This document shows, one piece after another, positions 49,867 to 63,818 of a DNA stretch of 64,000 bases. The notes below the pieces were generated by a model. That model saw only the letters and a list, made by a program, of their open reading frames with translations, searched no databases and was not told the origin of the DNA. This DNA is from Octopus vulgaris. Taxonomy: Eukaryota. A program made the translations under genes and the position numbers. The first letter of the stretch is position 1. Every line of letters starts with the position of its first letter. The DNA lies in assembly GCA_951406725.2 (NCBI GenBank), contig OX597836.1, positions 22,816,001-22,880,000 of the forward strand, written 5' to 3'.

Positions 49867-50644
49867 GTGAGTGTGTGTGTATGTTTGTGTGTCTGTGTTT
49901 GTTCCCGCCAACATCGCTTGACATCCGATGCTGGTGTGTTTAGGTTCCCGTAACTTAGCGGTTCGGCAAAAGAGACCGATAGAATAAGTACTAGGCTTAC
50001 AAAGAATAAGTCCTGGGTCGATTTGCTCGACTAAAAAGGTGGTGCTCCAACATGGCCACAGTCAAATGACTGGAACAAGTAAAAGAGTAAAAGAGCATAG
50101 TCTTTTTTCAGTATCCAGGTGTTTTTCGAAGGATGTTGGTCTGGCTGTTTTAGCGTTGTGTGGTCAGTCATCAAGAAGAGAGTGTTTCCTGAGGAGCTTG
50201 CTACCCATATGTAGGATATCATTCTCTTTACTCTTTTACTCTTTTACTTGTTTCAGTCATTTGACTGCGGCCATGCTGGAGCACCGCCTTTTAGTCGAGC
50301 AAATCGATCCCGGGACTTATTCTTTGTAAGCCCAGTACTTATTCTATCGGTCTCTTTTGCCGAACCGCTAAGTGATGGGGACGTAAACACACCAGCATCA
50401 GTTGTCAAGCAATGCTAGGGGGACAAACACAGACACACAAACACACACACACTCACATATATATACATATACGACAGTGGATTCTGCCAAATCCACTCAC
50501 AAAGCATTGGTCGGCCCGGGGCTATAGCAGAAGACACTTGCCCAAGATGCCACGCAGTGGGACTGAACCCGGAACCATGTGTTTGGTTAGCAAGCTACTT
50601 ACCACACATCCACTCCTGCGCCTTTCAGTACTAAGTTAATGTAT

Positions 50645-51480
50645 TTATCTTTTGCTGCTGTTGTTTAACAAGTGCTGTCTAAGAGAGGTCATATGACATT
50701 CAAAGGCTGTCTGCTCTGGTCTCAAGCCTCTATCTCCTTCAACTTTTCTCCAGTAGAGCCTGTCAGCATCGTTATTTCTGAGATTTCCAGTTGATGTCAG
50801 GATCTTGCAGGTTTTAACATCTCTGGAGTAGGTTTCCTCTACAGACCATTCAAGTATCCCAATTGTTGGTATCAGCATCATCATCATCATCGTTTAACGT
50901 CTGCTTTCCATGCTAGCAGGGGTTGGACAATTTTGACTGAGGGCTGGCAAACCAGATGGCTGCACCAGGCTCCAATCTTGATTTGGCAGAGTTTCTACAC
51001 CTGGATGCCCTTCCTAACGCCAACCACTCTGAGAGTGTAGTGGGTGCTTTATACATGCCACCGGTACTGGCAAAGACCTCACTCAAATCTTTTTGCACGT
51101 GCCACTGGCACAGGTGCCAGACATGGTGGGATATTGTCTTGTGAGAGGAGAGTCATGACTACTATATTTCGCTAAGTCTGGCATAATATTCTTGGATCAC
51201 TCTATCTTTGTTCATAGCACTTTTGTATAATGTTTCCATCAATGTCTAGGTACTTGTAGCATTCTCTGTGGAACAGAAAAGATAGTGAGACATTGATGCA
51301 CGGGTTTTGGGCTCGGGAAACTGATTTTCCATGTTTGACAATCAAATATGAACATTTCTTTTGACCAAATTCTATTCCTATGTCAGCTGAAAATGTTATT
51401 AATTCCAACTGTTTTTTTTTGTTTTGCGTTGTTAACATTTTTAGCATTAATCTTGAGGTCATTCTCAAAGAAATTGTGGA
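50645..51480 (-). mobile_element. R4/Dong-type RT remnant, interrupted by a (GAT)n-tailed repeat (50873-51120)
   Basis: DIGIEFGQKKC..YKYLDI; DVKTCKILT..DRLY..GDRGL..LRQHL. Confidence 0.75.
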
Positions 51481-51613
51481 TTACATTAATATCTCTGATA
51501 GTAGCAGATCCTAGCATGTAGCCATTTGATTTTTGTAGCAGGAATGATAATTAATACTAAATTTAATACTAAAACGATTTAATACTAAAATGAACAGAAG
51601 TACAGAAAGTCTG

Positions 51614-52426
51614 TGTATGTTTGTATGTATGTATGTATGTATGTATGTATGTATGTATGCATGCATGCATGCATGTATGTATGTATGTATGTATGTATGT
51701 ATGTATGTGGTGTGTGTGTATGTATGTATGTATGTATGTATGTATGTTTGTATGTATGTATGTATGTATGTATGTATGTATATGTATGTGGTGTGTGTGT
51801 ATGTATGTATGTATGTATGTATGTATGTTTGTATGTATGTATGTATGCATGTATGCATGCATGCATGTATGTATGTATGTATGTATGTATGTATGTATGT
51901 ATGTATGTATGCATGCATGCATGCATGTATGCATGCATGCATGCATGTATGTATGTATGCATGCATGCATGCATGCATGTATGTATGTATGTATGTATGT
52001 ATGTATGTATGTATGCATGTATGTATGCATGCATGTATGTTTGTATGTATGTTTGTATGTATGTATGTATGTATGTATGTATGTATGTATGCATGCATGC
52101 ATGCATGTATGTATGTATGTATGTATGTATGTGGTGTGTGTATGTATGTATGTATGTATGTATGTATGTATGTTTGTATGTATGTATGTATGCATGTATG
52201 CATGCATGTATGTATGTATGTATGTATATATGTATGTATGTATGCATGCATGCATGCATGCATGTATGCATGCATGCATGCATGTATGTATGTATGCATG
52301 CATGCATGCATGTATGTATGTATGTATGTATGTATGTATGTATGTATGTATGCATGTATGTATGCATGCATGTATGTATGTTTGTATGTATGTTTGTATG
52401 TATGTATGTATGTATGTATGTATGTA
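51614..52426. repeat. Compound (GTAT)n/(GCAT)n microsatellite
   Basis: Direct reading; source of the long spurious ORFs. Confidence 0.97.
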
Positions 52427-52640
52427 CAAAAAGGTGCTGAAAATTTCTTGGTTTTTGGTAAAAGAAGATACAAGAGGATCAATTATAATTTTATTCAACT
52501 TATTCCCCTCTCAGATTCACACACTTATTGCAGCAGTCCTTCAGTTTTTCTAAGCCCTATAACAGAACTCGGAAGATTGGGCCTCCAACCAGACCTTTCG
52601 TGATACCCTTAAGGCCAGGAACTTTTCAGCCCCATCTCAT
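52425..52640. mobile_element. mariner-type MITE
   Basis: Imperfect TIR ggtgctgaaaatttcttgg / ccaggaacttttcagcccc, TA flanks. Confidence 0.65.
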
Positions 52641-53255
52641 ATGTATGTATGCATGTATGTGTGTGTAATTTTATTTTTGCATACATGCACGCATATAGAT
52701 ATGCATAAATTTGATAAGAATGCATTGAAGGCATGCAGTAACACTGACACACACACATAAAAACACATGTGCACATGCACACACTCACACTCATACACAC
52801 ACACACACACACACACATCCAAACCCTAACCCTAACACATCCAAACATGCACATCCAAACACACACATATATTTAAACACACATCCAAACACACACATAT
52901 ATTTAAACACACACATATATTTAAATACACATCCAAACACACGCATATATTTAAATACACATCCACACACGCACATATATTTAAATAAACTCACACACAC
53001 ACGCATATTTGTTAATTCACGGCAGGCACTTACTACTTTGTCCGTCTCAAACAATTAGCAGTAAAATTGCCACAGGAATTTGCAAGACTAACTATTGTAA
53101 GTAATGTTAGTCGTTGCCCCATCATCATATTGGTCTTTGTGACAAAAGAAACTAAATCTCATCATTCACTAAAGACCATTATTTATTCAATGAATAAAGG
53201 ACAAGAACAAATACAAACGTGTACTGAATATTTCTGGAGATCTGGAGCAATATAT

Positions 53256-53466
53256 TCAAGGTGTCCCAAAAGATTTGACATCATTTCATTACCTAATAAT
53301 GTGAACAATTTTGGTCCAAATTGTCTCAGATTTTAGCAGCGTGTCTAGTATTCAATACATTTTTGAAATAGGATCTTTCGTATGTTTTTCTTTCCAGGAT
53401 TAGACATGCCATTTACTGCAACAGAAAAGGTGTTTTGTGTATTGAAATCAAATGTGAATGTGCAAT
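53256..53466 (+). mobile_element. Tc1/mariner left end with start of HTH transposase
   Basis: caaggtgtcccaaaag terminus; MPFTATEKVFCVL..NVQ resembles DUF4817-type N-termini. Confidence 0.55.
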
Positions 53467-53911
53467 GTCAGGTGATGGTCGTTTAGAAAAAGCGCAGGCT
53501 AAAACTATGCTCCTTCACTAGTCAGTTAAGGTGAGACAGTGTCACGTGACAACTTGCTGGGGCTGCCTGCTGGAGCCTATGCGGCAGGTATTTAAAGGGA
53601 AAAATTTGACAAGACAGTCAGTCACCGGCTGACACTCGCTGACGATACATCGAAGAGGCCAGGGAACAGAAGAAAGAAGACATGCACCCAACACCAGAGC
53701 TGATGACACCTCCGAAACGGTAGAGGAGTAGGGGCCAAAACCGAACGTGGTTCCTCCAGATGATGTCTTGAGCTAACTGGATCCTATAAAGGAGCTGTTG
53801 TGGTAGCAGACCACAAAACACGGTTGTAATTCCTGTTAGAAGATTTTATAAACAAATGCCATCATGGAAGTAGATTTGAACATGGAAGTTTCAAGAGAAA
53901 GGCTGTGCTTA

Positions 53912-54170
53912 TTATTGATGAATAAACTGATTACATCATGAAAAAATCCGTTTTCTTCAGGTGAAATAGAAATTTAAAATTTAAAATTTGGTTCATAAAA
54001 AATGCCAAGACGTGGAATTTGTTTTGACTCTCTCATTTTGGTAACAAATGAAAGTCAACACAGATTCCACATCTTGGTAATTTTTCTGAACCAAATTTTA
54101 AATTGCTAATTTCAATTTCACCTGAAGGAAACGGATTTTTTCATGATGTAATGAGTTTATTCATAAATAA
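53912..54170. repeat. About 260-bp imperfect palindrome (foldback MITE)
   Basis: Arms of about 125 bp are reverse complements with a very short spacer. Confidence 0.9.
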
Positions 54171-55588
54171 AAAAAAAACATGTCTGCAACAGCTGTAGAG
54201 AACCTTAAAGCATTTGTGTTCTTTCTTTATGTAAACTCCTCATCAGGAACCTTCCCTCTGTTGGATTTGGAACTCACAGTAGATTCTGATATCGTATGCC
54301 AGTGAGCATACTCTTTACTCTTTTACTCTTTTACTTGTTTCAGTAATTTGACTGCAGCCATGCTGGACCACCGCCTTTAATCGAGCAACTCGACCCCAGG
54401 ACTTATTCTTTTGTAAGTCCAGTACTTATTCTATCGGGTCTTTTTGCCGAACCGCTAAGTAATGGGGACATAAACACACCAGCATCGGTTGTCAAGCAAT
54501 GCTAGGGGGACAAACACAGACACACAAACACACACACACATATATATATACATATATACGACGGGCTTCTTTTCAGTTTCCGTCTACCAAATCCACTCAC
54601 AAGGCTTTGGTCGGCCCGAGGCTATAATAGAAGACACTTGCCCAAGGTGCCACGCAGTGGGACTGAACCCGGAACCATGTGGTTGGTAAACAAGCATGAG
54701 TATATAATTTCATATACATGTACATGTAAATATACATCACTTGGTACTGTACTGATGTGTATACATCCCTGTAGCTTAGCAGTTCAGCAAAAGAGACTAA
54801 TAGAATACATACTAGGCTTTAAAAAGTCCTAAGGTCGATTTGTTTGACTAAAACCCTTCAAGGTGGTGTCCCAGCATGGCCACAATCAAATGACTATAAC
54901 AAGTGAAAGATAAAAGATATATACCCATATATATATACACAAATATATATGTCTGTATTTGCTGTGCATACATAAATGACTAAATATCCCTCCAATAGGT
55001 TAAGCCAAACACTATTTCATTCTATTTTTATATATTCTCTATTGCATAAATAATAACCTGAGAAGTGAACTGGGTCAATGGTATAATGCAAAGAGTTGGG
55101 GGTGGAGAAATAAGGACCAAAGTCTTCATCTTTTGTTTGTCTGAAATCAATATGACAAGAGAACAACCCTGTCCAGTGTGGGTTGATTCTTCTATACAAT
55201 TTCACATTTGCCATATTAAGATAACATTCAGTAGTGGTAATTTCAAAACAGAAATTCCTATGTTGCTAACATTTCTCTTCAGAGCTTATACAAATGTAAA
55301 TCTTTTTTTTTTTTATCCTTTGTCTAGTCAACAGAATCCAAGATCAATAAGCCTTTTAAACATTTGTAATAATTGATTAAACCTGTGATAAGGCATTGAG
55401 CTGGCAGGGTCATTGGCACAGTGGCAAAATGCTTACCAACATTTCTTCTGTCTTCACGTTCTGCCGAGGTTGATTTTGTCTTTCATCCTCTTGGGGTCAA
55501 TCAAATAGGTACCAGTTGAACACTGGAATCAGTGTAATCAACCGACCCTATCTCCCAAAATTGCTGGCCTTGCACCAAAATTTGAAAC

Positions 55589-55631
<43 letters not shown>

Positions 55632-56186
55632 GAGTGAGAGAGCAGTTCATGCCATCAAAGTGACACTGGGGTAAAATATACGAAGCCCAATATACCCATC
55701 ATGACTACCCGTCTGATAAAGGTACACCAGGCACATGCATCACAACCATATGTGCGCGACATGGTGATCTCATATCAAGATAAACAGCACATGACCTTGC
55801 AGGTGGGGCCCAGTTAGAATTTTCTTCAGGTTGAGTAGCCCATCCTGCTCAAACGGTCCCTGAATAAGGGTTGCTTTAGGATGTTGAACGAAACACCTAT
55901 GTTTCCAGAGGTGAACCATTCAAACTCCAAAGAATCCCTCTCAACACATGGCCATGATGCTCCCCCACTACTTCTGCTCGTGATCAGAGATGCACATATC
56001 GTCAACCACTAAGGGACATGCTCAACTGGTTAAGGTCAAACAACTGACAAGCAAATCTGTGGTATTGAGCAGAATATTTGCTGTAGCCCATCTTTTATAC
56101 CAAGACAAAACAATGTACATGATAACACTTCCAATCAGTTAAGATCAGAAGCCATGAGAGCCACTGCCTGGTACTGCATCAGGGCA

Positions 56187-56188
<2 letters not shown>
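55632..56188 (-). mobile_element. Non-coding interspersed element inside (TAA)n, copy 2 (longer)
   Basis: Same left junction (ATT)n|GAGTGAGAG as copy 1; about 95 bp longer at the right end. Confidence 0.8.
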
Positions 56189-56222
<34 letters not shown>

Positions 56223-56259
56223 CCTCATCTTTATTATTATTACTATTATTATTATTATT

Positions 56260-56297
<38 letters not shown>

Positions 56298-56313
56298 TAT
56301 CATTATTATTATT

Positions 56314-56388
<75 letters not shown>

Positions 56389-57238
56389 TCTACCTTCAGT
56401 CAATTAGGCCTTAAAATCAGTCGCTACTAATCTGTCAAAAGTTGATTTTTTAAATGTTTTCCTAGACCTGAACTCTTCTTCTTATAAACCTTACCATAAG
56501 CCCAACAAGAAACTTTCCTATATACATAAACAGTCTTGTCAACCTCCTGTAGTATTTAAAAAAATTCACCCACAGGGCTGTGTCAGCTCAGGGATATCAA
56601 GGAAGAGACACTTGCACTCATGGGCTGTATAGTTGATTTTAATCTTGAACCACATAACTGCAAAACGCGCCACAAATATTTTTTGGGCTTTTGTCTGGTC
56701 CTGTCTTCTGCTGATGACATCACTGGTTTTATTATTCTCTTATGAATATATTACCTGAATAATTTAACCTCAAACAATTGATTATTATGTAACACTTTCT
56801 CTGTGTTTAACAGAGCTGTTAATCTTTGTAATATGTCGATTTCTCTCTGGTGGATTCAGGTTTGGGGGATTGGTGATGTCTTTAGTCATTCTTATATCAA
56901 TGGTTTCATATGTGCGTATGTGTGGGACTTGTGGCTGTGTATGCATGTGAGTGTGACTTGTGTGTGTGTGTTGTGTGTATGTGTTGTGTGTTTGAGTTGT
57001 GTGTTGTGCGTGGTTAATCAATACATGTGTCATATAGGCTCTTACAAGTTTAACAAAGCCACCAGACACATAACAAAACATTGCATCGTGATATTGAAGG
57101 ATAACATCGCTCAGGTGTATATAATTACAATGGGTGCACAAAATCATGTTACAAATAAATATTTCGGCTAATAGGTTAGTTCAAATATGTTGTACCGAGG
57201 ATGAATTCATACCTAATTTGCAAAGGAGAACATTCTCC

Positions 57239-57240
<2 letters not shown>

Positions 57241-57306
<66 letters not shown>

Positions 57307-57331
57307 TGTGTGTGTGAGTGTGTGTGTGTGT

Positions 57332-57374
<43 letters not shown>

Positions 57375-57419
57375 TGTGTCTGTGTGTGTGTGTGTGAGTG
57401 TGTGTGTGTGAGTGTGTGT

Positions 57420-57460
<41 letters not shown>

Positions 57461-57485
57461 TGTATGTGTGTGAGTGTGTGTGTGT

Positions 57486-57533
<48 letters not shown>
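57241..57533. repeat. (GT)n microsatellite
   Basis: Direct reading. Confidence 0.97.
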
Positions 57534-57537
<4 letters not shown>

Positions 57538-57820
57538 ATATGTATCCATATTAATTGATATATGACCAAGACCTTTGGCGATATGAGAAGACCAATCAGG
57601 CCAAGTGAAATCATGGTCTTGACAGATTCTGGTGTCACAAAAATATGACTGTATGAATATTTTTATTAATATTTAGCAGCAATAGAGTGACTGAAGAGCT
57701 GAGAATTTCATGCGTTGGCACTTATGAAAGGGCCAACACATGAAACTCTTGGCCCTTGAGTCACTTTTGAGTTTCTTCTGCTAAATATCAATATGTATGT
57801 ATACATATCTATCTTTGTAG

Positions 57821-57866
<46 letters not shown>

Positions 57867-58111
57867 CTCTATTTATATATAGAGCATACAAACTACTTTG
57901 CACCACATCAAAGCCTTTTACCAGACAAGATGATGGAAGACCCAAAACCTTATTACACTCAAAACGTACTGCATCTCTTAAGAAAATAAACTTACTTCAC
58001 TTCAATCTCGATACTTTCTCAAGAACTTCTGCATAATTTCAGGCAACCTTGAACTGTGTTACCATACTTCTGTTGAAACAGTATTTATTTCAATTAATTT
58101 TGAAAACAGTG

Positions 58112-58588
58112 AAAGCACCATCCGTTCGTGTCCGTTGCCAGCCTCGCCTGGCCCCCGTGCCGTTGGCACGTAAAAGCACCATCCGCTCATGTCCGTTGCC
58201 AGCCTTGCCTGGCCCCTGTGCCGGTAGCACGTAAAAGCACCATCCATTCGTGTCCGTTGCCAGCCCCGCCTGGCCCCCGTGCCAGTAGCACGTAAAAGCA
58301 CCATCCATTCGTGTCCGTTGCCAGCCTCGCCTGGCCCCCGTGCCGGTAGCACGTAAAAGCACCATCCGTTCGTGGCCGTTTGCCAGCTCTGTCTGGCACT
58401 TGTGCAGGTGGCACGTAAAAAGCACCCACTACACTCACGGAGTGGTTGGCGTTAGGAAGGGCATCCAGCCGTAGAAACACTGCCAAATCTGACTGGGCCT
58501 GATGAAGCCTTCCGGCTTCACAGACCCCAGTTAAACCGTCCAACCCATGCTAGCATGGAAAACGGACGCTAAATGATGATGATGATGA
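58112..58588 (+). mobile_element. (GAT)n-tailed RTE-derived 3' element with about 60-bp internal tandem units (representative)
   Basis: Units aaaagcaccatcc..gtgccggtagcacgt, then ggcgttaggaagggcatccagc..(GAT)n. Other copies at about 10351, 12120, 15390, 16350, 30725, 37368, 37530, 39126, 40877, 50873, 60690. Confidence 0.88.
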
Positions 58589-58596
58589 TATATTCT

Positions 58597-60410
58597 TTTT
58601 TTAGTTTCAGCTCAGAGCTGTGGCCATGCTGATGCACCACCGTTTTGCTACACTGTTATTACTAAGAGCCTCCTCTAATATGTGGCACTTGGTGAAGAAT
58701 GGAGTTTGATATAGCTACCCTCATTTGCACCTCTTGCCATGAGGTAGGTTCATCTGGGACTCTCGACAGGAAGAGGTCCAGCTTTGATTTAAAAACCACT
58801 ACATCTACTTTGTGCAAGTTCCTCAGACTCTTTGGGAGAATATTAAAAAGCTGTGAGCCCTTGAAACCCAGGCTGTTGTAGTAACTGGTCCTGAAGCGCG
58901 ATAGCATTGCTGGGATCTTTGGCACTATGCAGTGTCGTCCTGTTCTGGCATTGGTGTAGCTTTCAATGCCAAAATTTGGCATAATTCTTTCCAGGATCTT
59001 CCAGATATATATTACTGCATACCTCTCCCGTCTTCTCTCCAGGGAGTAGCGTCTTAGCTGTTTCAACCTTTCCCAGTAGCTGAGCTGTTGAAAAGAGATG
59101 ATCTTCTTTGTGAATCTTCTCTGGATTGCTTCAAGGTCCACTGTTAATTTCACACTGGTGGGTGACCATAGCTGTGAGTAGTAATCCAGGCAGCTGAGGA
59201 CGAATGTCTGCCAGAGGACCATCATGGTTTCCTTATCTCTGGTTCTGAATGTTCTTAGGATCCATCCAGCCAGTTATCTGCACTTTGTTGCCATCCTGGT
59301 AATGTGCACTTGGAAAGCGGTATCATCACTCATGTCAATACCCAGGTCCCTCACTAACTTAGGCTCTGGGATTGAAATTCCCTGTGGACCGGTGTACCCT
59401 GTAAGTGTAAGTTTCATATTCACTTTTGGATGCTGGTAGTGCAGGGCCTGGAATTTTTCAGCATTAAACTGCATATTATTATCCTCAACCCATCTGTTAA
59501 TTGAGTCCAACTCCTGCTGCAGGTGTGCAACATTGCTGGGATTCTGTATTTTCTGCGAGACTTTTATATCATCTGCATAGCTTGCCAGAGTGGCTATCCA
59601 GTCTTTAAGGAAATCATGTAACCACTCTCCAAGTTTTCCAGCTATGCCAAGGTCACACAGTTTGTGGCATATCGTACCATGATCCACCTTGTCAAAAGCT
59701 TTTGCAAAATCAAGGTATATTACGTCCACATTTGATTTGTTGAGTAACCTCCTCAACACCTAGTCATAATGTTGTAAGAGCTGGGTCAGGCAGCTCCTAC
59801 CTGGTCGAAAACCATGCTGGGTATCACTCAGCAAGTTATTTTTGTCAAGGAATGCGATTAGTTTCCCTCTGACTATCCGTTCCATGACTTTGCTGATGTG
59901 TGAATCAGAGAGACAGGTCTATAGTTTTTGGCATCTACTCTACTTCCCCCTTTATGTATTTGGCATATTATTCCTTCCTTCAGCTTGCTTGGCAGTTTAC
60001 CACTTGTAAGAAAGCTCTGGAAGAGAATCTTGAGGGATTTTGCAAGGACATGCTTACACGATTTGAGGAGGATTGTTGGGAAACCATCAGGACCAGCAGT
60101 TGAGTTTGTGTCAATTTCATTGATGGCTAGTAGAATATCTTCTTCGCTAATGGCAATGTATTCCATTGTAACTGCCTCGCTGGTTATAGGTGAGGCAGCA
60201 AAGAAGTCCACTGGTTCGTTCACTTGTCTGTGTTCCAATGGGGTGGTGAAGATACTTTTGAACTGGTCATTCAGTATCTCACTGATCTTAGTTGAACTGT
60301 CTGTGAGGGAGCCATCCTTTTGGAGGAGGGGTCCTAGCTTGTAGTGTACTGAGGCTGTTACTTTCGCATAGTGAAAGGAGGCCTTTGGGTTTGACTTAAT
60401 GTTTTTTATA
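58597..60410 (-). mobile_element. 5'-truncated CR1/L2-group LINE with frameshifts and an internal deletion
   Basis: AGPDG..NYRPVSL..YLDFAKAFDKVDH..SYADD..YSLERRRERY..LFNILPKSLR..FKSKLD. Confidence 0.92.
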
Positions 60411-61666
60411 ACCCAGTACAACAATGACAGCAACTACATACTGGAATGTAATACTAGAATAAGTGGATATTCTTCGAAAGGACACAGCTTGAATATTTTT
60501 CTTACCTACATTATATATATATATATATATATAATGGTGTTAGGAAGGGCATCCAGCTGTAGAAACTCTGCCAGATCAGATCATACAAAAGTGCTATGAA
60601 CAAAGATAGAGTGATCCAAGAATATTATGCCAGACTTAGCGAAATATAGTAGTCATGACTCTCCTCTCACAAGACAATATCCCACCATGTCTGGCACCTG
60701 TGCCGGTGGCACGTGTAAAAAGATTCAAGCGAGGTCATTGCCAGTACCGCCTGACTGGCCCCTGTGCCGGTGGCATGTAAAAAGCACCTACTACACTCTC
60801 GGAGTGGTTGGTGTTAGGAAGGGCATCCAGGTGTAGAAACTCTGCCAGATTAAGATTGGAGCCTGGTGCAGCCATCTGGTTCGCCAGTCCGCAGTCAAAT
60901 CATCCAACCCATGCTAGCATGGAAAGCGGCCGTTAAACGATGATGATGATGATGATATATAATACGGGCAAAGTGTACCTTGATACTATTTGATCTCAGA
61001 ACTAATGAACCAGAAGAAATGTGGCTAAGAATTTTATCCGACTCACTAACAACTTTGTTGGCTCATTGTCCTCATGACACAAATTAATTCAGGACCACTT
61101 CCCAACGAAGGCTGCTCCATTCATTGCTAATGACTTAATTGCCAATATATTCTCTTTTAATATGTATGATGAGCTTCTTTCAGTTTCTGTCTATCAAATC
61201 CACTCACAAGGCTTTAAGTTGGCCAGAGGCTGCAGTAGAAAAGAACTTGCTCAAGGTACCATACAGTGAAATTGAACCTGGAACTCTGTGATTGAGAAGC
61301 AAACTTCTTACTACACAACCAAGCCTACACTTATTTTGTTTGTCTTGTTTCGTTTTTCACTATTTTTTTTTAATATGGCTGAAAAGGTCGTTCTGGAAGG
61401 TTTTCAATTTCCAGTCTCAAGTCCAAATGGAAATTTAATTCCTTGCAACAGTTTTAGCATGTCTCAGTTGAAATTCACATGGCATTTCGGCAATAATTTA
61501 TTACAAAATCATTGATATTTATTGGTTTAAACACCTTTTTTGGTGCACCCTTGTTCCGTGTTTCTAAAGGTTAACAGCTATTTGGGAGGACAGCTGGGTT
61601 AACGTTGTGTTTCTTTGGTTCAGGAAATGGACAAGAACAAGTAAATTATCCAGTCTATCAATTATT

Positions 61667-61726
<60 letters not shown>

Positions 61727-61987
61727 GACTACTACTACTACTACTACTAGTAGTAGTGGTAGTAGTTTTATCATTATTAATGTTGTTGTTACTGTTATTA
61801 TTCATAGTTTTTACTTTGATGCAATCAATTTGCCCTTCTTTTCTTGCACATAACTATATATATATGTATATATACAATGTATACATACATACACACACAC
61901 ACACATATATGTATGCATGTATGTATCTATATATGCATGTATATATGTATTATGTGTATATATGCATGTATATATTATGTATGTATG

Positions 61988-62018
<31 letters not shown>

Positions 62019-62039
62019 TATTATATGTATGTATTTATG

Positions 62040-62084
<45 letters not shown>

Positions 62085-62277
62085 GTATATGTATGTTGAT
62101 TTCAAATTTTGGCACAAGTCCAGCAATTTGGGGGAGGGAGGTAAGTGTCAATTACATTGATCCCAATGTTTAAATGGTACTTGATTTATTGACCCCAAAA
62201 GGATGTAAGGCAAATCAACCTCAGTGGAATTTGAACTCAAAACATGGTGACAGATTCAGTCAGCCTTCTACCTTCAC

Positions 62278-62321
<44 letters not shown>

Positions 62322-62513
62322 CCATGATAGATCGTTAGCTCCTATTTGCCTTTTTTCTCTCCTTGTTTTTTTCCCGTGTATCTTTCTGTCGAAGAGCGTA
62401 GGCTCGAAACGTAAAAAAAATTTTTCTATTTCTATTCCTGAGCGCTATACTAATACATTTGTTTGTTTGTACTCCACCTGCCTTCGTCTTTTGTTTATTT
62501 TCGTAAACTTTCC

Positions 62514-62622
<109 letters not shown>

Positions 62623-62666
62623 TGATTGATTCTAGTTTCAGCTATGAGCTGTGGCCATGCTGCACC

Positions 62667-62752
<86 letters not shown>

Positions 62753-62753
62753 T

Positions 62754-62812
<59 letters not shown>

Positions 62813-63197
62813 TACACGTGTGTGTGTGTGAGTTTCTGTGTGTGTGTGTGTATGTATGTGCTTGTGTGAAGGTGCATGGCTTCTGCTCATGAGCATAGGA
62901 TCAGGTGGTTGATCTCCAGTGGCACATTGTCCTTGAGCGAGAAACTTCATTTCACATTGCTCCAGTCCACTCAACTTGCAAGTATGAGTTGTACCTGTAA
63001 CTCAAAGGTCTGGCCGCGTCGCATTCTGTGTCAGACTGAATCGCTTCGAGAACCAGGTTAAGGGTATATGCGTCTGTGGAGTACTCAGCCGCTTGCAAGT
63101 TAATTTCATGAGCAAGCTCTTCTGTTGATCAGATAAAGTGAAACACACAGCATTGTAACTGATGGTGTACCAGTTATACACACATATCTACATTAAT

Positions 63198-63266
<69 letters not shown>

Positions 63267-63344
63267 AATATAGACACTCAAAATACATATGTGAGTACTT
63301 ATATACATACATATATACACCAACCTATAAATATTTGCATTGAG

Positions 63345-63541
63345 TATATATGTGTGTGTGTGTGCATGTGTATAGATATTCATGTACGTATGTATATAAA
63401 TATATATATACATACATACACACATATATATATATACTATATATATACATATATATCATCATCATCACCATCATCGTCTAACATCCACCTTCTATGCATA
63501 TATATATATACATATGCTTATTATATATGTGTAGGTGTGTG

Positions 63542-63577
<36 letters not shown>

Positions 63578-63781
63578 GATATTCATGTACATATGTATAT
63601 AAATATATATATACATACATACACACATATATATGTATATATACTATATATATACATATATATCATCATCATCACCATCATCGTCTAACATCCACCTTCT
63701 ATGCATATATATATACATATGTTTATTATATATGTGTAGGTGTGTGCATGTGTTTGTGGGTGGGTGGGTGGGTGTGGGTGT

Positions 63782-63815
<34 letters not shown>
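63345..63815. repeat. About 220-bp low-complexity tandem duplication
   Basis: tatagatattcatgtac..catcatcgtctaacatccaccttctatgc..gtaggtgtgtgcatg occurs twice. Confidence 0.9.

Positions 63816-63818
<3 letters not shown>

Noticed and set aside
51511-52603. 260-337-aa ORFs on both strands
   Set aside because: Stop-free microsatellite.
54186-54252. Hammerhead motif
   Set aside because: The CUGAUGA half and the ACAGCUGUA half do not form a core on the same strand, and GAAA is missing.
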